This document shows, piece after piece, positions 22,346 to 34,629 of a stretch of 64,000 nt of DNA. The position numbers and the translations under genes were made by a program. Under the pieces are notes generated by a model that worked only from the letters and a program-made list of their open reading frames with translations, made no database searches and was not told where the DNA came from. The first letter of the stretch is position 1. The number at the start of each line of letters is the position of its first letter. The stretch comes from Azolla caroliniana. Lineage: Eukaryota; Plantae; Polypodiophyta. The stretch is taken from the NCBI GenBank assembly GCA_043228905.1, contig JBHGNT010000011.1, forward strand, positions 6,076,001-6,140,000. The letters are read 5' to 3'.

Positions 22346-24345
22346 ACGTCTAATCCCACTATCCAGCCATTAGCCTTCATCCAAGATATCCAGAATACTA
22401 TTGTTGTTGTTGTTGTGGCTGTGGTTGTTGTTGTTGCTATGGCTGATGTTGTTGCGGTGGCTGCTGCTGTTGTGGATGTGGTTCTTGTTGCTCCGGCTAC
22501 GGCTCCTCCGACTGTTGCTCCTTGGATGGCGTCTATTCGGCTCCCGGTACTAGCAGTTGTGGCGGTGATTGCTCCGTCAACTGCTCTGCCGGTTTTGACT
22601 CCGATTGACTTGCACCGGCCTTCTCTACGTCCAGTCCTTGCCCCGGCAATGGATCCTCATCGTTGAGGTTGACAGTCACCGTTGGCCTTGCTTCTTCTTG
22701 TCGTAGCCTAGTTCACTCATAGCTTTCGAACTGGATTTGAGCATCCAGTCGATCATTGTCCAGCTGTGCTACCAGTTGCCGGACCACTTCTGACTGTTCC
22801 TCCGCCAGAGCTACGAAGTCTTCTGCTAACTCATCTCTTACGGCGGTGAAGTCCACCTCTGTTAGCATGTAGTAGTCGTCGCCATCCTTCTGCCGATTTT
22901 CCGCGTCTGCCCTTAGCAACTGGAGCTCGGTTGTCTGCTTTGCCCATTTGTCCCACCATTGCATGGAGCTTTCGTCAATCAAGCGTTTTGTCTTGTTCCT
23001 CCATGCCTGGACAATGAACTGGATCCGCTCAAGTCCCATCTTCGATTTGTCCTCTGCGACTTGCCGGTTTTCCTTCAATTGCTTGATCAACTTCACCGTG
23101 TCCGCCTCCTGCTCCCGGTAATGTGACAATTGGTTTTGGTAGGTGTTCTACAACCTCTGCAATACCATTGTTGCTCTTTCCTTTTCTTCATAATGCTGCT
23201 TCTGGAGCTCCATACGTTCCTACGCGGCTTCCTCCAGTAGCGTTGTTATTTCAGCCCGTTCTTCAGCTACCGTTGTCTTAGCTCGATGACCTTCCTATAG
23301 TAGCTCTACCATCTTCTCCTACTGCTTCTTACGCTCCATATCCAGGTGCTTATAGTCCCGGTGCAGGTGCTCAAAATCCTCGGTCTTCTGCTTCAGCTTC
23401 TAGTTGAGTTGCCGGCGAGCGTGGTCTTCCCGATATTTCTGTTGACGGAGTTCTTCTTTAAGGCTTTCAATCTCCATTTCTGCCATCCGTTGCAGCTTAT
23501 CCTTTTCTTGCAACACTTTCTCTTTCTCCTCCTTAAGCCGGTCATATGCCTGATGTCCTTTCCACAGATTCTCTTCTGCCCGGCGGAGGTTCTTAGCAAT
23601 CTTTCTTTGTTATTCTTCTGCCGCTTTCTTCAAGTCCCTTTCTCGGGTGCGTAATGCTTCTTGTGCGGCTAGTTCATCTTTCAATTCGGCAAGCTCTTTC
23701 GCTTGCGCCGCCACTGTCTCCGGGACTGGTTCCGTCTCTAGGGTCTTATTCCTATGTACAGGTGCTGGTGTGTCTTTATTCTGTACACCTACCGGAGTCA
23801 CGGGTGCTTGGATCTGTGGTTCAGTTAAGACCATTTTGGCCAATTCTTCTAAGGCCAGGTCCAAGTCTTGCTCTAGGCTCTGGATCCACGACTAGGCCAT
23901 CTCTAGTTCTTCGATTGTGACTAGCAACCGGTCCATCTGCGCTTTCTCTTCTGCCTCTATGTAGTGCACCACTCCGGCAATCTGTTCTCCAATCCACCGA
24001 AGCCATTGGCTGCCGGTGCCCTGTTGTTGCGTCTGCACGGAGTGTTGGCTGTTGGTTCCACTAACCAGTGATCGATCTTGTCCGGTTGCATCGAGCTGCA
24101 ACTCTGTCTCTGGATGGTGACCACTTTGCCGTTCTGGTTCCGGTTGCACCTCCGTTGGCCGCTCCGCCTCTGATTGCTCTTGACTTGCCGGTGAGGGTGG
24201 CAACCGTACTACCGGCGCTTGAATTTCGGGTCTTGCCGTATCCTGACCCGGTGGTATAGCTTGTTGTGGAGGGAGCTCTGTGACCGGTTCTGTCCGAACC
24301 GGTTCCGGTCCCACCCTTGGTGTGGGCTGCTTAGTGCGGGGTAGA

Positions 24346-27300
24346 TGTTGGAAGCAATGTCGTCAGTGCGGAAGATCTTGAAGCACTCGATTCCTGTTTA
24401 TTCCCTGTGTATGACAGAATGTAGGTCGTTGCACAGAGAGAGAGAGAGAGAGACACAAAAGACTCTTTATTTCACAAAGCAATAATACAACAACCAACCT
24501 CACAAAGAGGTTACAAGGTCACTATATATAGTGACCGACTTAGGGCAACTACCCTTTATGCTAATTACATAAATGGCCAAAACGGGATGGTGTGAATACG
24601 TCCATTATACACATGTATTCGACACTCCCCCGTAATGGGCGTATACATGGGTTATCTAAGATTACAGGTATAGACTTAGGTTCTCGGACATATCAGCTTT
24701 GTTCGAGTCGGCAGGATCCGAAGACAGAAGACCGAACTGGTCGGGTCGGAACAGTTGAAGCCGATCATTAAGGAGCTGATGTCGGTTGTCGGGAACCATC
24801 CTGCTCTGTGTCCGGCTCTAACCGGACTGGTTTGTCGTTACGCCCATCTGATGCCGAAGAGACCGAAAACGGTCTGCCGAGAGACATTTGGTCATTCCAT
24901 CTGCGACATTATCGGTTGTGGATATTTTCTCTAGACCGATTTTCCCTGAAATGACGCAGTCCCGAACGAAGTGATATCGAACGTCGATATGTTTGGAGGC
25001 GTTGTGGTGAACCGGATTTTTCGACAAGGCAACAGCACCTTGACTGTCGCTGTAGACAACTGGAGCCGAGTCATGTTCGACTTGTCGAAACGTGTGCGCC
25101 AGCCGACCGAGCCACAAAGCTTCTTTTGCTGCGTCGGACGCAGCTACATATTCTGCTTCGGTCGTTGAGGTCGCTGTGCACTCCTGAAGTTTCGACTTCC
25201 ACGAGATTGCTCCATTGCCGAATTTGAAGCAGTATCCGGTTGTTGATTTCCGACTGTCTATACAACCGGCGAAGTCCGAGTCGGTGTAACCGACTACGCC
25301 TGAGGTTCGGTTCGGTCCGAAAAGAATGCCATGGTCTTTTGTGCCAGCCAGATATCTGAACACATGCTTGACTGCGTTCCAATGCGATCGGCCAGGATTG
25401 TGCATAAATCTGCTAACGACTCCTACGGCATGAGAGATGTCAGGCCGTGTCGCGACCATCAGGTACATAAGGGAGCCGACTGCCGGTGCATACGGTACCG
25501 ACTTCATATCTTCCCCCTCCGAACCGGATGTCGGGCAGTCTCGCTGAGAGAGCCGAAGATTCATAGGGAGTGGGGTTGAAGCAGATTTGGCTGATTGCAT
25601 GTTGAAGCGTTCCAAGACACGTCCGATATAGTCGGTCTGAGACAAAAAAAGATGTCGTTTATCGCGATGCCGACTAATCTTCATGCCAAGGATGTGTCGT
25701 GCCGGACCGAGGTCCTTCATGGAAAACTTCAACCGCAGTTGCCGAACGAGATCGGCAAGTTCGCCCGCGTGGCGTCCAGAAATTAGCATGTCGTCCACGT
25801 AAATGATGAGGAAGATGGGTGATCCATCTCGAGCTGTGTTGGTGAAGAGACAATGGTCCTCATCGCTTTTGGAGAAGCCGATTGATTGGATGAAGTCGTC
25901 GAACTTCTTGTACCATTGTCGCGGTGCCTGTTTGAGGCCGTATAGACTCTTCCTGAGTCGGCAGACTAGATGTTCTTGGCCAGTTGCCACGAAGCCTTTT
26001 GGCTGCTCCATATAAATTTCCTCCTCGAGATCACCATGGAGGAAGGCTGTTTTGACATCTAGCTGAATCAGCTCCAAGTTGTCGGCTGCCACGACGCCGA
26101 GCAGAAGACGAAGGGTTGTCATTTTCACCACTGGTGAAAAAATCTCGTCGAAGTCGACGCCATATTCTTGTCGGAAGCCCTTCGCAACTAATCTGGCCTT
26201 GTACTTTGGGGTGGTCGAATCAGACGTCTCTTTTAGTCGATAAACCCACTTGCAAGGAAGAGCACGTCGGTTCCTAGGTAATTCGACCAGATCCCAAGTC
26301 TTGTTTGCCCGGATGGAGTGCATTTCCGACTCCATCGCCAGATGCCAGGTGGCCGAATCGACAGATGTCGATGCTTCTTCGTAAGACGTCGGTTCGCCGG
26401 CGTCGGTGAAGAAAATTCCAGGAGAATACCTCTCCGGAGGTTGCGACAGTCTCTCGGATCGTCGAGGTATGATTGGACTGGTCGCATCGGGTATCGAGGT
26501 CGGATGGTCCGAAACCGAATCATTCGGCTGTGCCGAGTCAGAGTTGTCCGAGTCGGTAGTATAAGGTTCAGCTACCCGTGAAGCTGACCGTGTGTTGAGA
26601 GCGGGGCCTTCTTGAAGGGTCGGCACATCGGAGAATGTTACCCTTCGGACTTCGATCGGTTTTTCGACTGATGGATTCATAGCCGACTCGTTGAACACAA
26701 CGTCCGAACTTCGAACGATTTGTCTGCGTTCGGGGTCCCAGAGTCGGTATCCCATTTCGCCGTCTGATCCATATCCAAGGAAAATGCATTTCCTGGACCG
26801 AGGTGCAAGTTTTCGGCGATCATCTTTCGGAATGAGGGCGTACGCCTCGCATCCGAAGATCCTCAGCTTGTCGTAATTCGGCTTACTGCCGATCCATAGT
26901 TCCTGAGGAATTTGAAGTCCTAGAAGTCTACTTGGCGACATATTGATTATGTGTACTGCCGTGAGTAGAGCCTCTGCCCAGAAGCCATCCGATAGTCCGG
27001 AGTGTTGGAGCATGGAAACTATCCTTTCTTGGATTGTCCGATTCATTCGTTCGGCAATCCCGTTTTGCTCCGGACTGTGTGGTGCCGTAAATTCACGTCG
27101 GATGCCGCGTTGTCGGCAGAATTTGACGAATTCATCGGATTTGAACTCTCCCCCATTGTCTGTCCGAAGGCATTTCAGCTTTCGGTCGGTTTGATTTTCT
27201 ACCATAGCGAGCCAATCGGTGAAGATCGAGAAGACACGATCTTTGGTGCGAATTGGATAAGCCCACACCTTTCGAGTCGAATCGTCAATAAAACTGACGA

Positions 27301-29701
27301 AGTAAGAGGCACCGCCTAGAGACTGATGCGGCATTGGGCCACAGACGTCCGAATGGACTAAATCGAGAGGTCTCGTTTCTCTTGGTGCTGATGTCGGGTG
27401 TGATGCGGCTACTTGTTTGCCATACTGGCAATGCTCGCAGAATTGATGGTCCGAGAAGGAGAGTTTGGGGATGTATCCGGCGCTAGATAGGTGCGTGATG
27501 CCGGTCTTGCTGAGGTGTCCTAATCTTCGGTGCCATAATGATGACACAGGAATGTCCACCAAAAACAGGTTACCCTCTCTGAGCGTAACATGTAACGGAT
27601 ACAGTGAGTGTATCTTGGGTCCTCTAGCAAGCAGGAGGTTCCCCCTGTGGAGTGTCCACCCTCCCGAAGAAAAACCGGCACGAATGCCGTCTTCATCTAG
27701 TTGTCCGACTGAGATCAATGGCCTTGTGAGCTCGGGTACATGTCGGACATTGTGGAGTACAAGTGTAGAGCCCCCTGCAAGGTTGAGCTCTACTGTGCCG
27801 ATTCCGACGATGTCACAGTGTTGTGAGTTGCCGACTCGAACTGAGTCGGAGTGACGGATCGTATATTGCCGAAATTGGGATCGATGAGGAGTCACGTGAA
27901 ATGACGCGCCCGAATCCAAGAGCCATGTGCTCGATTCTTCAGTCGTGAGTAGAACTTCTGATCCGACTGGATTTTCTATTGATAGTATATTCGGGTCGTC
28001 CGGTAGTACATCAGCTGAGAAGCTGACGTAATTGATCTCCTCATGCCGGCCACTCTTCTTGTTGTTCTTGTTCTTGAGTGCGCGGCAGTCGGCTTTGATG
28101 TGTCCGGGTTTCTTGCAATAGTTGCAGATTCGGTTATCCCGTGACTGGCTCCGTCTTCGCTGATTGTTCGGCGGCCGTGAGGAATCTCGTCCTCGTATGT
28201 TCGATTGGTCTGTCGAACCTTGTACTACGTAGGCGTTGTCTGTTGAGTCTTTGGCGAAAGACTTTCTCCGAGCTGCTTCGGTCAGGATTGCGCTCGTGAC
28301 TTCGGAGTATTTAACAGCCGTGGTTGACGCGTTGCACACGGTTGTGACGAAAGTTTCCCATGATGGGGGAAGGCTGCTCATGAGTATCATTGCTCTGAGT
28401 TCATCCTCGATTGTCGTCCCCTGTGACGAGATTTGGGAGATTATGCTTTCGTACTCATTGAGGTGTGCTTGGACCGAGTCGGATTCTTTCATCCGCAAGT
28501 TGTAGAGGCGCCGGATCAGAAACATCTTCGTTGCGGCGACCTTCTTTTCGTAAGTGTCCGACAGTGTTTTCCACAGTTCGAATGCTGTCGTACACGATTG
28601 CACCGTGAAGTATACCGATTCCGATAGGTGCATCCGAATCGTGGCGCGGACGATTCTGTCCAGCTTCTGCCACTCAATTGGTTTGTATCCTTCTGGAGGT
28701 TCTTCATTTTCGATGGGATCGATTTGCCCCTTGACTATGAGATAGTCCTGCATTTGCTCCTTCCAGAAGTTAAAGTTCGATCCATCGAACTTTCGTAGAC
28801 TCATTTCTGACGAGCCGGATGTTGATGCCATCAAATTTGGTTTCGGTTGACGAAGCTCGGTTCGGAGTTGACTACGAATCTTGTTGGAGTGCAGCCTGTT
28901 GGCTCACCCGATATCGTTCTAGTCGGATTTGAACCCGAGTCGGTTCGGCTTCGGATATATGTATTGTTGAACTTGCTCGAATTGACTACGGTAACCTGAG
29001 GGACAGAACCGACTGGTCTTCCCGAATGTCGCCGAGTCGGAGTGAGCCCGGTTCACTTCGGATATATATGCCGAATACCGATTATTGAAACCGATTATCT
29101 GGACCGATTCGGCTTCGGGTGACTGCAGCGACGAGAGAGACGGATCCGACTGATCCTCCCGAATGTCGATCAGCCAGATGAAGCACGAATTTGGGTTGTT
29201 GTCAAAGTTGCACAAGGGGATTTCACCTCGAGCGGTTACGATCACAAGGGACAGAGTACAACCTGCTGGCTTACTCCAAGCAAGGGGATCTAACGCGATG
29301 AGGTGCAAACCTCGTTTTTGTTCTTCTTCTCTCTTTCTTCGAATGACGCAGGAAACCGAATGCAGAGACGACGGCCGACAGCGGATTGAAGGACCGACTA
29401 CTGTGCAGGCTCTGATACCAGATGTTGGAAGCAATGTCGTCAGTGCGGAAGATCTTGAAGCACTCGATTCCTGTTTATTCCCTGTGTATGACAGAATGTA
29501 GGTCGTTGCACAGAGAGAGAGAGAGAGAGACACAAAAGACTCTTTATTTCACAAAGCAATAATACAACAACCAACCTCACAAAGAGGTTACAAGGTCACT
29601 ATATATAGTGACCGACTTAGGGCAACTACCCTTTATGCTAATTACATAAATGGCCAAAACGGGATGGTGTGAATACGTCCATTATACACATGTATTCGAC
29701 A
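24346..29701 (-). mobile_element. Intact Ty1/copia element (Tnt1/Tork-like), 5356 bp
   Basis: 279-bp LTRs 24346-24624 and 29423-29701 identical by eye; TSD GTAGA on both sides; iMet PBS TGGTATCAGAGCC 29408-29420; PPT 24625-24633. Confidence 0.98.
24818..28834 (-). CDS. Copia Gag-PR-INT-RT-RH polyprotein, 1338 aa
   Basis: CNYCKKPGHIKADC, LLDSGAS, LWHRRLGH, TDNGGE, YVDD, TDSD, KHID all in one ORF. Confidence 0.98.
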   Translation of the reverse strand: MMASTSGSSEMSLRKFDGSNFNFWKEQMQDYLIVKGQIDPIENEEPPEGYKPIEWQKLDRIVRATIRMHLSESVYFTVQSCTTAFELWKTLSDTYEKKVAATKMFLIRRLYNLRMKESDSVQAHLNEYESIISQISSQGTTIEDELRAMILMSSLPPSWETFVTTVCNASTTAVKYSEVTSAILTEAARRKSFAKDSTDNAYVVQGSTDQSNIRGRDSSRPPNNQRRRSQSRDNRICNYCKKPGHIKADCRALKNKNNKKSGRHEEINYVSFSADVLPDDPNILSIENPVGSEVLLTTEESSTWLLDSGASFHVTPHRSQFRQYTIRHSDSVRVGNSQHCDIVGIGTVELNLAGGSTLVLHNVRHVPELTRPLISVGQLDEDGIRAGFSSGGWTLHRGNLLLARGPKIHSLYPLHVTLREGNLFLVDIPVSSLWHRRLGHLSKTGITHLSSAGYIPKLSFSDHQFCEHCQYGKQVAASHPTSAPRETRPLDLVHSDVCGPMPHQSLGGASYFVSFIDDSTRKVWAYPIRTKDRVFSIFTDWLAMVENQTDRKLKCLRTDNGGEFKSDEFVKFCRQRGIRREFTAPHSPEQNGIAERMNRTIQERIVSMLQHSGLSDGFWAEALLTAVHIINMSPSRLLGLQIPQELWIGSKPNYDKLRIFGCEAYALIPKDDRRKLAPRSRKCIFLGYGSDGEMGYRLWDPERRQIVRSSDVVFNESAMNPSVEKPIEVRRVTFSDVPTLQEGPALNTRSASRVAEPYTTDSDNSDSAQPNDSVSDHPTSIPDATSPIIPRRSERLSQPPERYSPGIFFTDAGEPTSYEEASTSVDSATWHLAMESEMHSIRANKTWDLVELPRNRRALPCKWVYRLKETSDSTTPKYKARLVAKGFRQEYGVDFDEIFSPVVKMTTLRLLLGVVAADNLELIQLDVKTAFLHGDLEEEIYMEQPKGFVATGQEHLVCRLRKSLYGLKQAPRQWYKKFDDFIQSIGFSKSDEDHCLFTNTARDGSPIFLIIYVDDMLISGRHAGELADLVRQLRLKFSMKDLGPARHILGMKISRHRDKRHLFLSQTDYIGRVLERFNMQSAKSASTPLPMNLRLSQRDCPTSGSEGEDMKSVPYAPAVGSLMYLMVATRPDISHAVGVVSRFMHNPGRSHWNAVKHVFRYLAGTKDHGILFGPNRTSGVVGYTDSDFAGCIDSRKSTTGYCFKFGNGAISWKSKLQECTATSTTEAEYVAASDAAKEALWLGRLAHTFRQVEHDSAPVVYSDSQGAVALSKNPVHHNASKHIDVRYHFVRDCVISGKIGLEKISTTDNVADGMTKCLSADRFRSLRHQMGVTTNQSG

Positions 29702-30384
29702 GTAGAGGCGTTCCATCCTTCTTTGGGTCCGAACGCTCCCCAGCCTGTTTTGTGGTGCTAGCCTTCTTGCGCTGCTAGAGGTGCTCTAACGGTTCCTCTT
29801 CCGCTTCCTTCTCTTGAGTCTCGATGTTAACTTTTGCTGCCAAGGGGTCCGGCTCTTTTTGAACCGGTCGGTGAAATATGATCTTGATTGGCTGTGTCGG
29901 TGTCTCCTCCTACGTTTCCGCCTATCCCTTCCTATTGGCGAACTCTTTTGCCGCCTTGTCCGTGTCGGCCGTCTTCCCTTTGGGTGCCTTAGAGGCCAAC
30001 AACTACTACCGTTTCGAAGCCGTTTTCGGGGTGCCTTCGGTTGTTCTCCCCTGCTTCGTGGTCTTCACAGGTTCGATAGGTGACGCCAATAGGGTGAGCC
30101 ATTGCGCCAATGCAGTCCATATTTTCCTACCCTCCTTGCCTCTTACAAATTCGATGGCCACACAGAGGCCATCTACAATCAGTACCGGCTAGTTCACCTT
30201 CATGCCTTCATACGTTGCTATGACTAAGTCGGTCGGTTCCGAGGAATGCACGGGGGTCAAGGGTATACATGTCCAAATTCATGCAACACACTGGCAATCT
30301 CTCGAAATAATGTATCTTCGCCGCCCTATGTCCTGTAGGCCTTGCTGGCCAGAGAGTATTCACCAAAATATAAGTTGGGGATAA

Positions 30385-33300
30385 TCGGAGCCAAAGTGGA
30401 GGCACATACTCGAAGTGCCTTCTTCAACATCTAGAGGCTGATACCGGAGTATCCACTTGACCACGTTCCAATGCTCTTTGCCGAGATTGCTCATGAACCG
30501 GCTCACCACTCTGACTGCATATCCGATATTTGGCCGCGTACATACCATTGCGTACATCAAGCTCCCAACGGCAGAGGCATATGGTATCTTCATCATATCC
30601 GCCTTCTCCGCCTTTGTCCTCGGGCTTTGTTTTCCGGATAGCTTGTAGTTTGCCAGAAGTGTCGATCCGACCAGTTTCGCCTCCGACATGTTGAACCGTT
30701 GAAGCACCTTTGTCACATACTTCTCTTGTGACGACCACAATAGCTTCTTCTATTGGTCCCGGATGATGTGCATTCCGAATATCTGCCTTGCGAGACCCAA
30801 GTCTTTCATTGAGAAGGTCCGGTTTAGAGCCTTCTTCAGCATCCGGCTCTTGCCTTGGTTTCGTCCGACGATCAACATATCATCCACATATAGGAGGAGT
30901 ATCAAGAAATCTCCTTCGTCAAATTTATTCACAAACACACAGTGATCGACCTGCGTCTTGTGGTACCCTTGGTCGATCATGAAGGAGTCGAACTTCCGGT
31001 ACCATTATTGGGGAGCTTGCTTCAGTCCGTATAGACTCTTCTTCAGCCGGTACACCAGGTGCTCCTTCCCTTTCCTCTCAAATCCTTCTGGTTGTTGCAT
31101 GTAGATCTCCTCTTCGAGGTCACCATGGAGGAACGTCGTCTTGACGTCCAATTGCTCTACCTCAAGGTCCATGCTTGCCACTATGCTCAACACCATCCAG
31201 ATGGAGGTCATCTTAACTACCGGGGCAAAGATCTCATCTAAGTCCACTCCTTTCTTCTGTTGGAAACCCTTCACCACGATTCGGGCCTTATACCTTGGTG
31301 GATTTCCGGCGTCTCCCGGTTTCAACTTGTACACCCACTTGTTTCAGACTGCCCTCTTTCCTTTCGGCAACTCCACCAATTCGTATGTGTGGTTCTCATG
31401 CAGGGAATCCATCTCATCTTGCATGGCACTCAACCACTTGTGGTTTTGGGTGTCTCCCCTTCCTTCTTCCAAAGCTTTCCGGCTCCCCCTCATCGGTTAG
31501 CAACACATGCTCTGCATCCGGAAATCTTCGGGGGGCTCTTCTCTCCCGGAGAGGATATCTCCGTCCTTGGTTTCGGACTGTCGGTTCCTTCGTCTGTCCT
31601 CCCGTAGACCCATAGCTTCCAATTGTGGTCGTCTATCAACATGACAAAGTACTGTGATCCAGCATGTGACTTCATGTCGACTTGACCCACATCGGTATGC
31701 ACCAGCTCCATTGGTGCATTTTGTCTCATCGATGGTCTTGACCGAAAGGAGGTGCGGTTTTGCTTGCCGTCCAGGCAGTCGATGCACTTCTCAAGTTGCA
31801 CATCCTTCACCGGAATGAGGTTATCATCGGCAAGCCTCTTCATCCCCTTCTCACTCATGTGACACAGTCTTTTGTGCCACAGCTCACCAACAGTGTCGGA
31901 TGCTACGCTCACTTCTTCCCGACATATCCGGGCATTCATCAAGTACAGTGTGTTAACCTTCCAGGCTCGAAGCACTATGAAGCTCCCTTTACAGAACATC
32001 ATGACACCATTCCTGATGCTACCTATGTAGCCTTCATCATCTAGCCGACCGGCTAATATCAGGTTCAGTCGAACCTCCAGAACGTGTCATACATCCTTCA
32101 GCAGCAACTTGCATCTAGTTGATGTCGTCAATAGCACATCTCCTATGCCAATAATTCGGCATGTCCCTTCATTCCCCATCCGGACACAGCCGTGCTCACC
32201 GGCTGAGTAGGATGAGAACCATTTTTTGTCCGAGGTAAGGTGGAACGACGCTCCGGAATCGACAACCCACGTTTTCTCGTCAGTAGCCAGGTTCAACTCG
32301 CTCTCCTCGATGATGAGCATTAGTTCTTCTTCACTTGCCGCGATCGCCAGCTTGCTGCAATAGAAGCAAGTGGACCTCCCCCTTGACTTTGACTGTGTCC
32401 CCGACGTTTCCCGGTTCTAGGGACTCCGATATCGGCCTCTTCCCCGGTTGTGGTCATCTTCCGTGACCAAGGCCTTCGGATCAGTTCCGGACTCCTTGTC
32501 CTTCCGGCGAGCTTCTTCATCTAGCAAGCTTGATTTTACCCTTGCTAGGGACAGTTGTTTTCCTTCCAGCCCGGCGTTGCCCAACATGACTACTAACGGC
32601 TCCTAGCTATCCGGGAGGGAACTGAGCAGGAGTAATGCGATTATCTCATTGGCAAGCGGTACTTCCAACGAGTTTGCCTGGTGGATCAGTCCCTAAAAGG
32701 CATTCATGTGCTCCGCCATACTAGAGCCGTCTTGGTATGGGAGCCTCACTAGCTTCCAGAATACCGAAACCCGATTAACAACATTTTTGTTTTGGAACAT
32801 AATTTCAATCTTCTCCCAGAGTTTGTGAGCCTTGATCTCTTCGTTGAAGTTGTTATACAGGCTCATGTTGCTGAAGCACTGTATGTAAGCAGTCATCTTC
32901 ATGTGCATCACCTCCCACACTGTGGCATCGATCTTGTCCGGTCTCTTGTCCCCGAACTGAACTGGCAACCAAAGATCTTTGACCACTAGCATATCCCTAA
33001 TCTTTGACTTCCACACTGAGTAGTTGGATCCGGTGAGCTTCAACATGCCGCCGAACAATTCTTTCATTTCCTGTGTTGTTCACTCTGATACTAGTTTGAC
33101 GAGAAATGCACGAAATATCGCTCGGCCACAACCGAGTAGTAAATCACATCATCAGGAATCAAACACAGAAATGGGAAGAGGAGAGTACACAAGAAAATGA
33201 CACAAGATGTTTACATAGAAAACCCTAATAGGGAAAAACCACAGGAGCCCATAGACTCTAAACTATCACTATGAAGAGAAGGGGTACAATTAGAGACTCG

Positions 33301-33596
33301 GAGGCAACGACCTCAAGCTCTGTTTCTTCACACAGTGGCAGTTACAACAGAGTGTCACTCTGTATCTCTCTCTCCCCCTCTCTCCCTCTAACTCTGTACA
33401 ACGATTATAGCAATATGACAACAACACACTCTCACATCTAAAGTGATTGCCCTAAGTCATATTTATAGTTATATGAACTTAGGGATATACAAATATAGCC
33501 TCAAGTGGCTTATCCTAGACATATTTACAAATCTGTCTTCTCTTCCGGTTCTCACCGGCTCTCTTCCGGTTCTCACTGGGTCCTCTTTATTCATCA
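30385..33596 (-). mobile_element. Decayed copia (family 2), 3'-truncated, internal deletion; 5' LTR ~33097-33596
   Basis: gag LTGSNYSVWKSK, VVDSGAS, YVDD fragments; degenerate Met PBS at 33083-33093; homologous to the 56145-64000 copies; LTR outer end approximate. Confidence 0.88.
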
Positions 33597-33719
33597 CCAA
33601 ATCCCATCCAGAAATATCGATTTCCCAACACTTTTATCCTCTTTCCACTACCACATTTCGAATTAGTGTCCTATCCAATTCACTAAGCTTATATGTAAAG
33701 TTATCATATACTTTTCTTA

Positions 33720-34139
33720 CTATGTAAGGCCCAAACCATCTTTTAGCGAACCACCCAATCCCCTTCTTCTATCTTCTTATGTCGAATTATGCGATTTTTA
33801 TCAAAAAGAAATTTATTCTTTAATCAAACCTCCAATCGTTGGCCTGCTAATTCTACATCTTCAGGCTGACGCTCTAATTCTTGAATTCGCAAAGCAAGCA
33901 ATTCTTTTTAGCTCAGCTCTTCTCTCCATGAAATAGATTTCCATGATATAATTGATTCTTCTATTGGCATGATGGGCTTTTGGCCAATTATCAGTTCAGT
34001 TGGCATATATCATGTTACCGAACTATGTGTTGTCTGATCTGCCCCATAGTGCATAAGGTAGCATGTGTGGCCAATCTCTTATTCTACCTTTACAACTTTT
34101 CACGATTGCCTTAAATATTGGGCTATGTCCTCTTTCAAT
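33720..34139 (-). pseudogene. Phygy-like integrase fragment
   Basis: IERGHSPIFKAIVKSCKGRIRDWPHMLPYALW matches copy B integrase. Confidence 0.85.
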
Positions 34140-34597
34140 TGTTGTTAATCCAGGGTTGGACAAGCCACTAACACAGGGTGTCCCTCTGGAACACTTCACC
34201 AAAGGGGTGGTACGGTAAGGAATGTGCAAATTGTAATACAGAACTGATCTTTCCCTGTTACTATCTGGAATGATTAACTTGATTCACGCGTATGATAATC
34301 ACATTAAGCACAGAACGGCATTAACAAGATAAACAATATGTAAAGCCACAACACTTCTCTCATAATGATCTGTTAATTACATCGTCTCCGCATCCTTTTA
34401 TAGGTATCCAGCTGTGTTACAAACCGGTGCCAATTGGCAACCGGCTACGAACTGGTCCAGATCCGGATCAACATACCAATTCCGGGTCCATCTATCCGAT
34501 CTTATAATTATCATAATTGATCTAATTACACCTCCCAAAACCGGCTCCCCATTCATACTTTGGCCTAACCGGCCAACACATGGCACGCCTGTGGGAC
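34140..34597 (+). repeat. Probable Tat-like LTR (34140-34578) with Arg-type PBS (34581-34597)
   Basis: TGTTG...CCAACA followed by TGGCACGCCTGTGGGAC; internal part lost. Confidence 0.55.
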
Positions 34598-34629
34598 AGT
34601 ACATTGTACGTCAAACCCATGATTAGCCC

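Larger units (their letters stand above)
22400..30380 (-). pseudogene. Decayed long coiled-coil/Q-P-rich ORF (retroelement accessory-ORF-like), split by the copia at 24346-29701
   Basis: Collinear minus-strand fragments 23892-24314, 23610-23864 and 22713-23129 separated by stops; sequence resumes after the TSD at 29707. Confidence 0.5.

Noticed and set aside
22396-22490. (GTT)n-based V/A-rich plus-strand ORF as a membrane protein
   Set aside because: It is the antisense of the Q/N-rich tail of the minus-strand ORF remnant.
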